From Eledone cirrhosa (taxonomy: Eukaryota): a stretch of DNA of 64,000 bases. The stretch covers positions 15,748,001-15,812,000 of the forward strand of contig OZ024757.1 in the NCBI GenBank assembly GCA_964016885.1. Reading direction: 5' to 3'. The notes under the pieces were generated by a model that saw only the letters and a list, made by a program, of their open reading frames with translations, had not been told where the DNA came from and did not search any database. The translations under genes were made by a program, and so were the position numbers. Shown here one piece after another: positions 25,015 to 39,399 of this stretch; within the stretch, counting starts at the first letter, position 1; every line of letters starts with the position of its first letter.

Positions 25015-25680
25015 ATTGAGCGTTTGATCAACAGATCAGCTTGCTCTTGGAATTAACATATAAGTGGCTGAGCATTCTACAGATACATATGCACTTTTAA
25101 AATAAATCTCAGGGAGATTCAGTGTTGGTGGTAAACTGGGTTTAAATTAAGTCTGGCCAGGAATTGTCAAGAAGGCTGGTTTTGATGATCAGTGTTCCAG
25201 TTATTTGATCAACAGATCAGCTTGCTCTTGGAATTAATGTATAAGTAGCTGATCATTCCACAGATATATGTGCAACTTTAACATAATTCTCAGGGAGATT
25301 CAGTGTGTGAAATGCTTTGAATTATTAAGAAGGTCAATTTCAAACATTGAGTGTTCCACTTATTTGATCAACAAAACAGACTGCTCAAGAAATTAACATG
25401 TAAGTGGCTGAGCATTCCACAGATACATGTATACGCTTAACGAAATTCTCAGGGAGATTCAGTATTGTTTGTAAACTGGGTGATTAATTAAGTCTAGCCC
25501 TGAATTGTTAAGCAGGTCAGTCTCACTAATTAGTTTTCTAGTTGTTTGATCAACAGAACTGCCGGCTCATGAAATTAAAATGTATGTGGCTGAGCATTCC
25601 ATAGACACGTGTATCCTTAATGTAAATCTCAGGAAGATTCAGCATGACACAGTATATGACATGGCTGGCCTTTAAGATTA
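25015..25680 (+). repeat. 4 diverged tandem copies (about 160-180 bp) of interspersed family D
   Basis: TTGATCAACAGA...AAGTGGCTGAGCATTCCACAGATAC...TCTCAGGGAGATTCAG; the family also occurs at about 13-44, 53790-53995 and 55415-55880. Confidence 0.8.
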
Positions 25681-26149
25681 CCGCTACCTTTCATCTGATG
25701 GGATTCCAAACAGTTTCCATTTACCTGTTTTCCCTTCACACAACTTGGCTCAACACAAGACTATGGTGAATGACCCTTGTCCAAGATGCCATGTGATTGA
25801 ACCTCTTAACTATTTATGCTAGCATGGAAAATGAACATTAAATGACGATGATGATGATATAACAATAACAACAACTTGACTTGTTTCCCATGTTGATACA
25901 TTTTCAATATCAGTAATATACTGCGGTGGTTAGTGGTGTATTGCAGAGGGTGCATGGAGGGTGAAGCTGCACCCAACCAGAAAAATTGTTGTCAGAAAAT
26001 TATGAACGTCTAAGCCCCGATAAGTGATAGGAGCAATATGCTTATGGTGGTGGTGGTGGAGAGGGGGGGGGGGTTACAAAGGGGTAGTGGTTTAAAAGAG
26101 TTGTTAGAGCATTGGATACATATTTTGCTGCATATGTTCAGGCTCTACT

Positions 26150-26640
26150 CCATCTGGCAGGCAACCAATGCATTTGAAGCAAACCATGGTACCAGTCAGG
26201 AGAGGAAGAGAGCAGAATCTAGCAGAACCCAGACATTTCCTTGTGACCACTGTGGTCAGATCTCCTTATCGCTGATCAGAGAGCCTGGCTGAAAAACTGT
26301 GTTAAAGTAGAGCCCAGCCAAATCCAGACCTTTCCTTGTGACCACTGTGGTCAAATCTGCTAATCCTTGATCAGAGAGCCTGACAGAAAAACTGTTTAAG
26401 TAGAGCCCAGCCAAATCCAGACATTTCCTTGTGACCACTGTGGTCAAATCTGCTAATCCTTGATCAGAGAGCGTGACAGAAAAACTGTTTAAGTAGAGCC
26501 CAGCCAAATCCAGACATTTCCTTGTGACCACTGTGGTCAAATCTGCTGATCCCTGATTCAGTCATATAAGTTACCAGTGTGCCTGCACAAGAGGTGGACA
26601 GAACTGATCTGACTTTCAATAGAATCTTTGTTATCGAAGT
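26150..26640 (+). mobile_element. RTE-BovB-like LINE 3' end with an internal tandem of about 93 bp (about 3.5 units)
   Basis: WQATNAFEANH...ERKRAES...TFPCDHCGQI resembles the C-terminal CxxC tail of BovB-type RTEs; CCAGACATTTCCTTGTGACCACTGTGGTCA is repeated. Confidence 0.6.
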
Positions 26641-26779
26641 CATTGCCAACAATACAACAGTGGTCCTTTATATTCTGAGGTCAAATTCTGCTTAGGTCAA
26701 CTTCACCCTTCATTCTTCTGTAGGGGTCAATAACAACATACCAGTCAAGTACTGGGGGTTGATATAATAGATTTTCCCC

Positions 26780-27343
26780 TTGTTACTGTTGTTGTTACTG
26801 CTGTTGTTGCTACAGTTGTTGCTACAGTTGTTGTTGTTACTGCTGTTATTGTTGCTATTACTGGTTCTGCTGTTGTTTTTACTGCTGTTACAGTTACTGC
26901 TGCTACAGTTGCTGCTGTTGTTGTTGTTATTGTTGCTGTTGCTGCTGTTGCTGTTGTTGATTTTATTGCTGTTGTTGTTATTGTTACTGTTGTTGCTGTT
27001 GTTGTTACTACTGTTACTATTGCTGCTGTTGTTGCTATTGTTACTGTTGCAGTTACTGCTGTCATTGTTACTGTTGTTGTTACTGCTATTGCTGTTATTG
27101 TTACTGTTGTTACTGTTGCAGTTACTGCTGCTGCAGTTGCTACTGCTGTTGTTGTTGTTGTTGTTACTGTCATTGTTGCTGTTGTTGTTGTTACTGTTGT
27201 TACTGCTGTCATTGTTGCTGTTGTTGTTACTGTCATTGTTGATGTTACTGCTGTTGCTGCTGTTGTTGTTGTTACTGCTGTTGCTGTTGTTGTTGTTGTT
27301 ACTGCTGTTGCTGTTGCTGTTGTTGTTACTGCTGTTGCTGTTG
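26780..27343. repeat. (GTT/GCT/ACT)n trinucleotide tract
   Basis: Degenerate triplet repeat. Confidence 0.9.
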
Positions 27344-27524
27344 AGATATCTATCCCTGTGTGCTTCTTCACTGTTTAATTATTCATCGTTTCCTTAACAA
27401 AGTGACCAAACCACAATAAATAATTAAAAAGCTTTAAATTCTTTGTCAATTAACTTCTTGTCTTAATTCAATATTTGGCTATCAGCATTTAGCTGGTAGG
27501 TCTTTGTCTATAGATCAATATTTA

Positions 27525-27577
27525 TCACGTGAAGTGCACATCACATGACCAGTTTATTCATGGGGGAAAGAGGAATT
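27525..27577. promoter_or_regulatory. candidate E-box + M-box + GAGGAA module, copy 2
   Basis: TCACGTGA-N8-TCACATGA-N21-GAGGAATT. Confidence 0.35.
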
Positions 27578-27611
27578 TTTTTTTTTAAATGACAGTTCGA
27601 TTGCTTTATAT

Positions 27612-27705
27612 TAGAGTCGGCTAAAAAGTTCATTGACTGACTATGAAGGAGTGATGCTAGAGCTGTGAAATCTTGCATGCATTAATTCCAATTTTTCTTA
27701 TTAAT
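27612..27705 (+). mobile_element. mariner-like terminal fragment
   Basis: GCTAAAAAGTTCATTGACTGACTATGAAGGAGTGATGCTAGAGCTGTGAAATCT; the paralog at 44815-44880 begins TATGAGGG..GCTGAAAA, a mariner-type TIR pattern. Confidence 0.55.
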
Positions 27706-27719
27706 AACTACTAAGAGGG

Positions 27720-27975
27720 TCATGGGAAAGAGTCCTCAAACACTCTTACCAACGGGTCCCGTCAGAAGCAACCGTCTCCAACTGATCTGGCTGGATACCC
27801 AAGTGTGACCAGCCAAGCTCATGGATGTTAGATATCCAACCATCTTGCTGAGGGTCTACCCCCTGGGTCTCCTGTTGGTTGGCCCTGCCTATAAAATCTG
27901 TCCAGCAATTCTTTCCTGAGGCATGCTAACTACATACTCATAGTATAGGAGCTGTGATTCTCAATTCAGAGAAGT
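27720..27975 (-). mobile_element. RTE (Expander/Rex3-like) LINE 3' fragment
   Basis: Minus strand with frameshifts: SQLLYYEYVVSMPQERIA..GPTNRRPRG / RPSARWLD / GWSHLGIQPDQLETVASD..W..CLRTL. Confidence 0.75.
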
Positions 27976-28394
27976 AGCAGCTCTCCCTGGAATGACTCTC
28001 TGATCTCCAAGCAATGCTCAATTTTCTCAAACCCACAAAAACTAGGCTTTTTTTAGATGTAGCCTTTAATTGCCTCATCGTAACTACATTGCTGAGTTAT
28101 GAGAATTTTCTTTGAGAGCTAATAGTGTGAACCATCACTACATCTCCCCTGTTTGATCCTTTGTTGCTTATTTATCCAGCAGAAGCCTGCCTATGTCACA
28201 ACAAACCATCATCACAGGTAGCTACATTGCTTTCTGCCAGTTGCAACCCATTCTCTAGCAGAAAATCTCTGCCAAGAAATAGAACCACTTTGCCAATTAA
28301 TTAGAATTATACAGCTTTAGTGAGGAGGGTTGGTGGGGAAATATGATTATTGAAATGAGTAATTGTGGTCAGAAAATGCAAGGGAGACAAAAAC

Positions 28395-30095
28395 ATCATC
28401 ATCATCGTCATCATTTAACGTCCATTTTCCACGTTAGCATGAGCTAGACAGACTAACACATTGTGAGACATGTCAGATGCAGAGACCACGTCTTGCTGAT
28501 ACGGATCTGTATTTTGGCTTGGTTTCTACAGCTGGATGACAATCCTAACACCAACTACCTTACAGTGTGGGCTGGGTGGCTTTTATCATGGTACCAGCAT
28601 GACTACAGTGTGGGCTGGGTGCCTTTTATCATGGCACCAGCATGACTACAGTGTGGGCTGGGTGCCTTTTATCATGGCACCAGCATGACTACTCTACTGT
28701 GTGGGCTGGGTGCCTTTTATCATGGTACCAGCATGACTACTCTACAGTATGGGCTGGGTGCCTTTTATCATGGCACCAGCATGACTACTCTACAGTGTGG
28801 ACTGGGTGCCTTTTATCATGGCACCAGCATGACCACTCTCCTGTGTGGACTGGGTGCCTTTTATCATGGTACCAGCATGACTACTCTACTGTGTGGGCTG
28901 GGTGCCTTTTATCATGGTACCAGCATGACCACTCTACTGTATGGACTGGGTGCCTTTTATCATGGCACCAGCATGACTACTCTACAGTGTGGGCTGGGTG
29001 CCTTTTATCATGGTACCAGCATGACTACTCTACAGTGTGGGCCGGGTGCCTTTTATCATGGTACCAGCATGACTACTCTACTGTGTGGGCTGGGTGCCTT
29101 TTATCATGGCACCAGCATGACTACTCTACTGTGTGGGCTGGGTGCCTTTTATCATGGCACCAGCATGACTACTCTACTGTGTGGGCTGGGTGCCTTTTAT
29201 CATGGCACCAGCATGACTACTCTACTGTGTGGGCTGGGTGCTTTTATCATGGTACCAGCATGACCACTCTACTGTGTGGACTGGGTGCTTTTTATCATGG
29301 CACCAGCATGACCACTCTCCTGTGTGGACTGGGTGCCTTTTATCATGGTACCAGCATGACTACTCTACTGTGTGGGCTGGATGCCTTTTATCATGGCACC
29401 AGCATGACTACTCTACTGTGAGGGCTGGGTGCCTTTTATCATGGCACCAGCATGACTACTCTACTGTGTGGGCTGGGTGCCTTTTATCATGGCACCAGCA
29501 TGATTACTCTAGTGTGTGCTGGGTGCCTTTCATCATGGCACTGGCATGACTACTCTACAGTGTGGACTAGGTGCCTTTTATCATGGCACCAGCATGACCA
29601 CTTTTCAGTGTCGACTAGGTGCTTTTTGTTATGTCACCAGCATGACCACATTACAAAGTGAACTGGGTGCTTTTTGATGTGTCACCAGCATAACCACTTT
29701 ACTGTGTAGACTGGGTACATTTTACAGGGTGGACTGGGCGCGTTTTGACATGTCACCAACACCACCACTTTACAAGGTAGACTGGGTACTATTTCTCATG
29801 TCACCAACACCACCGCCACCACTTTACAGGGTGCTATTTCTCATGTCACCAACATGACCACTTTACAGAATCTACTCGGTGCTATTTCTCATGTCACCAA
29901 TATGACCACTTTACAGAATGTACTCGGTGCTATTTCTCATGTCACCAATATGACCACTTTACCAAATGGACTGGGTGTTATTTCTCTTGTCACCAACACC
30001 ACCATTTTACAGGGTGGAATGGGTGCTATTTCTCTTGTTACCAAAATGACCTCTTTGCAGAGTGGACTGTGTGCTTTTTCCCGTGTCACCATAAT
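28395..30095 (-). repeat. family C SINE whose internal segment expanded into a 48-bp minisatellite (about 30 units)
   Basis: Tail CATCATTTAACGTCCATTTTCC and TTTCTACAGCTGGATG lead directly into GTGTGGGCTGGGTGCCTTTTATCATGGCACCAGCATGACTACTCTACT units, which diverge progressively after about 29500. Confidence 0.9.
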
Positions 30096-30224
30096 ATGAT
30101 TATATGAAATATTTCTGCTCAGAATTATCTTCTCTTGTGTAAGGACAATGACCACCCCATTACATCATGAGATTTGTTGACCCCTACAGTAAGGATAGGG
30201 CAAAATATCTGGGTTATATGCAGT

Positions 30225-30999
30225 TGCAAGTGTGTGTATGTGTATATATGTATATATTTGCGTGTGCATGTGTATGTAAGTGTGTGCTTGTATATGCTTG
30301 ATGTGTGTCTAAGTATGTATGTGTGTCTAAGTATGTGTATGTAAGAGTGTGTATGCATATGTTTATATATGTGTGTGTGTGTGCATGTCTGTGTGTGCAT
30401 GCATGTGTGTATGCATGCATGTAGGTTATGGTGTAAGCCTCCAGTACTACATGCTATATAAGTTACTACATGATATATACAAGCAGCTACATGTGAGTGT
30501 GTGTGTTTGTATGTATGTATGTATGGGTATGTGTGTATGTATCTACGTGTATATGTATATATATATATATATATACGTATGTATGTGTTTATGTATATGT
30601 ATATATATATGTATGTGTCTGTGTATATAGGAATGTATGTGTATATATATGTATGTATATGTGTATATATATATGTATATGTGCATATATGTGTTTATGT
30701 TTGTATGTATATATGTATGAGTATATATATGTATGAGTATATATATATATATATATATATATATGCATATATGGATATATGTTTGAGTATATATATATAT
30801 ATATATATGCATATATGTATATATGTGTGAGTATATATGTGTGTATATGTATGTATATCTGTGTGAGTATATATATGTGTGTATGTATATATGTGTGAGT
30901 ATATATATATGTATGTGTGTATATTTATATATGTATGTGTTTGTATATATATATATATGTATATGTATGTATATATGTGTGAGTATATATATATATGCA

Positions 31000-31032
<33 letters not shown>

Positions 31033-31071
31033 GTAGTATATATATATGTGTATATATATATATATAGTATA

Positions 31072-31130
<59 letters not shown>

Positions 31131-31181
31131 GGGTGTATATATATATACGTATGTGTGTATATATATATACATATATGTGTA

Positions 31182-31251
<70 letters not shown>

Positions 31252-33449
31252 ATATACTTCATGCTATCCACCAGTTAGCTATGTGCAGGTTGGTCGGCTG
31301 CTGTGGGTCGTGTGCAAAAATTTCTTTGGAAATTGATTGAATAAATTACATGACGTCATCTATATAGCTAGCCAACCAGTTGCTCACTTTATAGTAGTGA
31401 CATACACACATACACACATACACATATATACATAGAGACACATACACACATACATATATACATAGAGACACATACATATACATAGAGACACACACATATA
31501 CATAGAAACACATACCCACATACATACATTCACACACATACATATATACATAGAGACACATACACACATACATATATACATAGAGACACACACACACATA
31601 CATAGAGACACATACCCACATACATACATTCACACATACATATATACATAGAGACACACACATATACATATATACACACACATATACATAGAGACACATA
31701 CCCACATACATATATACATACATACACACACATACATATATACATAGAGACACACACACACGCACATAGAGACACATACACACATACATACATACACACA
31801 CACACATAGAGACACACACATATACATAGAGACACACACATACATACATACACACACAGAGACACACACATATACATAGAGACACATACACACATACATA
31901 AATACACACACATACATATATACATAGAGACACACACACATATACATAGAGACACATACACACATACATACATTCAGAGACACATACATACAGACAAACA
32001 CACATACATATATATACATAGACACACACACATACATACAGAGAGACACCAACATACATACAGACACACACACACACATGCATACATACATAGACACACA
32101 CACACACAGACACACACACACACATGCATACCTACAGACACACACACATACAGAGACACACACACACACATGCATACACAGAGACACATACACACATATA
32201 CACAGAGATACACACATATAGATGACATAAATACACAGACATACACACATACACACACATACAGAGACATACAGACACAGTCATACACACACACAGAAAC
32301 ATACATATACAGATACACAGACATACATAGACATACACACACATTAAGACACACACATACACATACATAGACACATATACATATACACAAACATACAGGC
32401 AGACAGGCAGACAGGCAGGCAGACAGACATACACACAAATAAACAGGCATACAGACACACAGACACGCACGTGAACACACACACACACACACTGACACAC
32501 ATACACACAGACAGAGACTGGCACACATAAACATACACACACATGCACATACATGCATATACACATGCAGACACACACACACACATACATACATATAAAC
32601 ATACACACACACACACAGACATACTGGTACACATAAACATACACACACACAGACTGGTACACATAAACATACACACACATGCACATACATTCAGACACAC
32701 ATACACACAAACACACTCTTTCCCGCTAAACACATTTGCACATACATACAATCACACACACACATACATACAATCACAGACACACACACACATACAATTA
32801 CTCTCACGCATTCTTACTTGCATGATACGCAGTCATGTGCACACCTGCACTCTCTATATACACACACTGTTACTCCCAGTTACGCATATACACTCACACA
32901 CGTACATCCGTGTTCTCTCTCTAAACTCAGATATATAAGCACCTACACACACACACTCATACACTCTAACACGTATTCTCTTTCTCTCTCTCTCTCTCAT
33001 ACACGCATACACATACACATTCACCTACACATGCATGCATTCTCTTACACACTCACCTCACAGTTTCACACATACTCTCTTACACAGACACACACATTCA
33101 TATAAAAATACATGAATACACTTACACACATACACAGACATACTTTCTTATGCATACACATACATACATACATACAAACTGTCAGGTGGATACATACATA
33201 CACACATTTCCACACACAGACTCTACTATAGATAAAAATACACATATACATACTGTCATGCTCATAGACGCACTTACAGAGATGAGAGAGAGAGAGAGAG
33301 GGAGAGAGAGAGAATAGAGGGGGGGAGAGAGAGAGAGAGAGAATAGAGGGAGAGAAAAGAAGAGAACAGAAAGAGAGAGAAAAGAATAGAGAAGAGAAGA
33401 GAAGAGATGAGAAAAGAGAGAGAGAGGAGAGAGTAGAGAGAGAGAGAAC

Positions 33450-33483
<34 letters not shown>

Positions 33484-33485
33484 AA
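30225..33485. repeat. compound (TG/TA)n, (CA)n and (GA)n microsatellite field
   Basis: Dinucleotide repeats with a short unique island at about 31260-31400. Confidence 0.9.
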
Positions 33486-33944
33486 TAATATATGTAGGTG
33501 ACAGTATAATTATAGTTTATAGGTAGCAGGGACGTATATTTAAGTTTTCCTACTAAATAAGATTTATCCTATAGAGGGTAGGAAGTTCTGGGGTTCCAGG
33601 ATCAATAAATCAAGACTTAAGTAGGGCTGGTGCTACCATGAAAGTCAACTAGCCCCCCCCCACCCCCAACCTAGGGTACATACCTGGGAGAGGGGTAATA
33701 CTGGACTTTAAAGGACCACAATTTTATACAGGGCCAGCTAGGTCCCCATCTAGGGTACATATCTCAGAGAGGGGCATTACTGGACTTTAAAGGACCGCAA
33801 TTTTATGCAGGGTCAATTAGGTTGCTACCTAAGGCACAGATATCACAGAGGTATATTACTGGACTTTAAAAGATTACAGTTCAATACAGGGTCAACTAGC
33901 CAGCCACTAAGAGCACAGATCTCACACAGGTATATTACAGAACC

Positions 33945-34158
33945 TTAACCCTTTAACATTTACATTACTCTATATATACTATAGTATTTTTGTGGTAAAG
34001 GTTTTATCTCATAATATTGAATCTATAAGATTTTGATGTTATTTATTTTGGTAACAATACCTTAACATCAGTATGAGTGACCAGTTACAGCCAGTTTGAA
34101 CAGAAAAGAGTGAGAGAATTCTGGCTGGATGTGGCCAGTTTAAATGCTAAAGGGTTAA
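33945..34158 (+). mobile_element. piggyBac-type MITE, copy 2, with a TTAA target duplication
   Basis: TTAACCCTTTAACATTTA ... TAAATGCTAAAGGGTTAA; the flanks rejoin into the host repeat seen uninterrupted nearby. Confidence 0.88.
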
Positions 34159-34676
34159 AGGAACTAGTTTTATACAGGATAAACTAGCTAGTCACCCAGG
34201 GCACAGACCTCACAGAAGTACATTAAAGTATCACAGTTTTATACAGGACAAGTGCTAACATTAAGGTCAACCAGGCAGTCACCTTCAACACAAACCTCAG
34301 AGAGGTACATTACTGAATCTTAAAGAATCAGTTTTATACAGGGTTGGTGCTACAAGTAAGGCCAACTAAAGGATAAACATTTTATCCAGGACTAGTGCTA
34401 CCATCAAAGTCAACTGGACAACAACCTAAGGCCCAGATCTCACAGAGGTGCCACTATTAAGGCCAGATGGGCAGCCAGCTAGGGCCCAGACCTCACAGAG
34501 GTGCCACTATTAAGGCCAGCTGGGCAGCCAGCTAGGGCCCAGACCTCACAGAGGTGCCACTATAAGGCCAGCTAGGCAGTCACCTAGGGCCCAGACCACA
34601 GAGAAGTACATTACTGAACCTTAAAGAATCACAGATTTATACAGGGTTGGTGCAGTAAGGCCGACTAGGCAGTCAC

Positions 34677-37600
34677 CTAGGACACAGATCTCAGAAAGGT
34701 ACACTACCTAGGACACAGATCTCAGAAAGGTACACTACCTAGGACACAGATCTCAGAAAGGTACACTACCTAGGACACAGATCTCAGAAAGGTACATTAC
34801 CTAGGACACAGATCTCAGAAGGTATATTACGTAGGACACAGATCTCAGAAAGGTACACTACCTAGGACACATATCTCAGAAAGGTACACAACCTAGGACA
34901 CAGATCTCAGAAAGGTACACTACCTAGGACACAGATCTTAGAAGGTACATTACCTAGGACACAGATCTTAGAAAGGTACACTACCTAGGACACAGATCTC
35001 AGAAAGGTACACTACCTAGGACACAGATCTCAGAAAGGTACATTACCTAGGAGACGCATCTCAGAAAGGTACATTACCTAGGACACAGATCTCAGAAAGG
35101 TACACTACCTAGGACACAGATCTTAGAAGGTGCATTACCTAGGACACAGATCTTAGAAAGGTACACTACCTAGGACACAGATCTCAGAAAGGTACACTAC
35201 CTAGGACACAGATCTTAGAAGGTGCATTACCTAGGACACAGATCTCAGAAGGTACACTACCTAGGACACAGATCTTAGAAGGTACACTGCCTAGGACACA
35301 GATCTCAGAAAGGTACACTACCTAGGACACAGATCTTAGAAGGTACATTACCTAGGACACAGATCTCAGAAAGGTACACTACCTAGGACACAGATCTCAG
35401 AAAGGTACATTACGTAGGACACAGATCTTAGAAGGTGCATTACCTAGGACACAGATCTCAGAAGGTACACTACCTAGGACACAGATCTTAGAAGGTACAC
35501 TACCTAGGACACAGATCTCAGAAAAGTGCATTACCTAGGACACAGATCTCAGAAAGGTACACTACCTAGGACACAGATCTTAGAAGGTACATTACCTAGG
35601 ACACAGATCTCAGAAAGGTACACTACCTAGGACACAGATCTCAGAAAGGTACATTACGTAGGACACAGATCTTAGAAGGTACATTACGTAGGACACAGAT
35701 CTTAGAAGGTGCATTACCTAGGACACAGATCTCAGAAGGTACACTACATAGGACACAGATCCCAGAAGATACACTACCTAGGACACAGATCTCAGAAAGG
35801 TGCATTACTTTGGACACAGATCTTAGAAGGTACACTACCTAGGACACAGATCTCAGAAAGGTACACTACCTTGGACACAGATCTCAGAAGGTACACTAGC
35901 TAGGACACAGATCACAGAAGGTACACTACCTAGGACACAGATCTCAGAAAGGTGCATTACCTTGGACACAGATCTTAGAAGGTACACTACCTAGGACACA
36001 GATCTCAGAAGGTACACTACCTAGGACACAGATCTCAGAAGGTACACTACCTAGGACACAGATCTCAGAAGGTACACTACCTAGGACACAAATCTCAGAA
36101 AGGTGCATTACCTTGGACACAGATCTTAGAAGGTACACTACCTAGGACACAGATCTCAGAAGGTACACTATCTAGGACACAGATCTCAGAAAGGTACACT
36201 ACCTAGGACACAGATCTCAGAAGGTACACTACCTAGGACACAGATCTCAGAAAGGTACACTACCTAGGACACAGATCTCAGAAGGTACACTACCTAGGAC
36301 ACAGATCTCAGAAGGTACACTACCTAGGACACAGATCTCAGAAAGGTACACTACCTAGGACACAGATCTCAGAAGGTACACTACCTAGGACACAGATTTC
36401 AGAAAGGTATATTACCTAGGACACAGATCTCAGAAGGTACACTACCTAGGACACAGATCTCAGAAGGTACACTACCTAGGACACAGATCTTAGAAGGTAC
36501 ACTACCTAGGACACAGAACTTAGAAGTACACTACCTAGGACACAGATGTCAGAAAGGTGCATTACCTTGGACACAGATCTTAGAAGGTACACTACCTAGG
36601 ACACAGATCTCAGAAAGGTACATTACCTAGGACACAGATCTCAGAAGGTACACTACCTAGGACACAGATCTCAGAAAGGTATATTACCTAGGACACAGAT
36701 CTCAGAAGGTACACTACCTAGGACACAGATCTCAGAAAGGTACACTACCTAGGACACAGATCTCAGAAGGTACACTACCTAGGACACAGATCTCAGAAAG
36801 GTACACTACCTAGGACACAGATCTCAGAAAGTACACTACCTAGGACACAGATCTCAGAAGGTACACTACCTAGGACACAGATCTCAGAAGGTTCACTACC
36901 TAGGACACAGATCTCAGAAAGGTATTTTACCTAGGACACAGATCTCAGAAGGTACACTACCTAGGACACAGATCTCAGAAAGGTATATTACCTAGGACAC
37001 AGATCTCAGAAGGTACACTACCTAGGACACAGATCTCAGAAAGGTATATTACCTAGGACACAGATCTCAGAAAGGTATATTACCTAGGACACAGATCTCA
37101 GAAGGTACACTACCTAGGACACAGATCTCAGAAGGTACACTACCTAGGACACAGATCTCAGAAAGGTATATTACCTAGGACACAGATCTCAGAATGTACA
37201 CTACCTAGGACACAGATCTCAGAAGGTACACTACCTAGGACACAGATCTCAGAAAGGTACACTACCTAGGACACAGATCTCAGAAGGTACACTACCTAGG
37301 ACACAGATCTCAGAAGGTACACTACCTAGGACACAGATCTCAGAAGGTACACTACCTAGGACACAGATCTCAGAAAGGTATATTACCTAGGACACAGATC
37401 TCAGAAGGTACACTACCTAGGACACAGATCTCAGAAGGTACACTACCTAGGACACAGATCTCAGAAGGTACACTACCTAGGACACAGATCTCAGAAAGGT
37501 ACACTACCTAGGACACAGATCTCAGAAGGTACACTACCTAGGACACAGATCTCAGAAGGTACACTACCTAGGACACAGATCTCAGAAGGTACACTACCTA

Positions 37601-38565
37601 GGACACAGATCTCAGAAGGTACATTACCTCGGACACAGATCTCAGAAGGTACACTACCTAGGACACATATCTCAGAAGGTACACTACCCAGGACACAGAT
37701 CTCAGAAATGTATATTACCTAGGACACAGATCTCAGAAGGTACACTACCTAGGACACAGATCTCAGAAGGTACATTACCTAGGACACAGATCTCAGAAGG
37801 TACACTACCTAGGACACAGATCTTAGAAGGTACACTACCTAGGACACAGATCTCAGAAGGTATACTACCTAGGACACAGATCTTAGAAGGTACACTACCT
37901 AGGACACAGATCTCAGAAAGGTACATTACCTCGGACACAGATCTTAGAAGGTACACTACCTAGGACACAGATCTCAGAAGGTACACTACCTAGGACACAG
38001 ATCTCAGAAGGTACACTACCTAGGACACAGATCTCAGAAAGGTACATTACCTAGGACACAGATCTCAGAAGGTACACTACCTAGGACACAGATCTTAGAA
38101 GGTACACTACCTAGGACACAGATCCCAGAAAGGTACATTACCTAGGACACAGATCTCAGAAAGATTCATTACCTTGGACACAGATCTTAGAAGGTACACT
38201 ACCTAGGACACAGATCTCAGAAGGTACACTACCTAGGACACAGATCTCAGAAAGGTATATTACCTAGGACACAGATCTCAGAAGGTACACTACCTAGGAC
38301 ACAGATCTTAGAAGGTACACTACCTAGGACACAGATCCCAGAAAGGTACATTACCTAGGACACAGATCTCAGAAGGTACATTACGTAGGACACAGATCTT
38401 AGAAGGTGCATTACCTAGGACACAGATCTGAGAAGGTACACTACCTAGGACACAGATCTGAGAAGGTACACTACCTAGGACACAGATCTGAGAAGGTACA
38501 CTACCTAGGATACAGATCTCAGAAGGTACACTACCTAGGACACAGATCTCAGAAAGGTACATTAC
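34677..38565. repeat. 30/31-bp minisatellite, about 3.9 kb (about 125-130 units)
   Basis: CTAGGACACAGATCTCAGAA(A)GGTACACTAC, flanked by older related units of about 85 bp (33600-34680 and 38555-38595). Confidence 0.97.
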
Positions 38566-38769
38566 TGAATCTTAAACGATCACAGTTTTATACAGATTTG
38601 TATAATCAGATATAATATATAATAATTTCCTGCAATTAATAAATAAATCACTAAACATATTTGCTACATAGCAAGATTGTGTATAAATCCAAAATGGTGG
38701 AGAGGGTTGTATGGTGTTATGACTCATCACATGATTTGTTATGGGTGTGTGTGGACTGTGTAACAGATA

Positions 38770-39035
38770 ATAATTGTTTCTACTTTTTGACACAAGGCCA
38801 GCAATTATCCAAGTGTATTACTGGTACTTTATTTTATTGACCCCGTAAGGATGAAAGGCAAAGTTAACCTCGGCGGGTTTTGAACTCAGAATGGCAAGGG
38901 CCGTAACTCTAACAGATAATAATTGTTTCTACTTTTTGGCACAAGGCCAGCAAAGTTAACCTTGGAGAGATTTGAACTCAGACCGTAAAGGGACGTAACT
39001 ATGCTGGAAAGTATGGCATCCGACCCTCTACCGAG
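38770..39035 (-). mobile_element. SINE family A, rearranged or partly duplicated
   Basis: Two family A 3' ends, each preceded by TAACAGATAATAATTGTTTCTAC. Confidence 0.8.
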
Positions 39036-39399
39036 GCTTAGTAGTTTTCTTAGTGTTGTCAGAGCAAGGAGTATCTAAAATTAGGTTTGTCAGCTCATCA
39101 AACGTAGAATTTATCTAAGGAACTAAAGTATTTATAATTCTAAGTGAGACTAACGATTTCAAAGTGAGGTTAACACAAAAGATGTGAGTAGAATCAGTTA
39201 AACACAAAGACAGCCATCCCAATTGTGTGATTGTATATTTGTGAATACCATTAGTTAACCACACAATCACACAGCCAAGTAACCTGGTTGTATGGTTGTG
39301 AATAATACTGGTTAACCACACAACCACACAGTCAGCTTAGTTGTGTGGTTGTGTTAGTGACTAGAACCAGTAAACCACAGAGCCAAACCCACCTGCCTG

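Noticed and set aside
31350-31368. CRE palindrome TGACGTCA next to TATATA; also ETS-like CCGGAAGT at about 10401
   Set aside because: Single short motifs expected by chance in 64 kb, with no downstream gene evidence.
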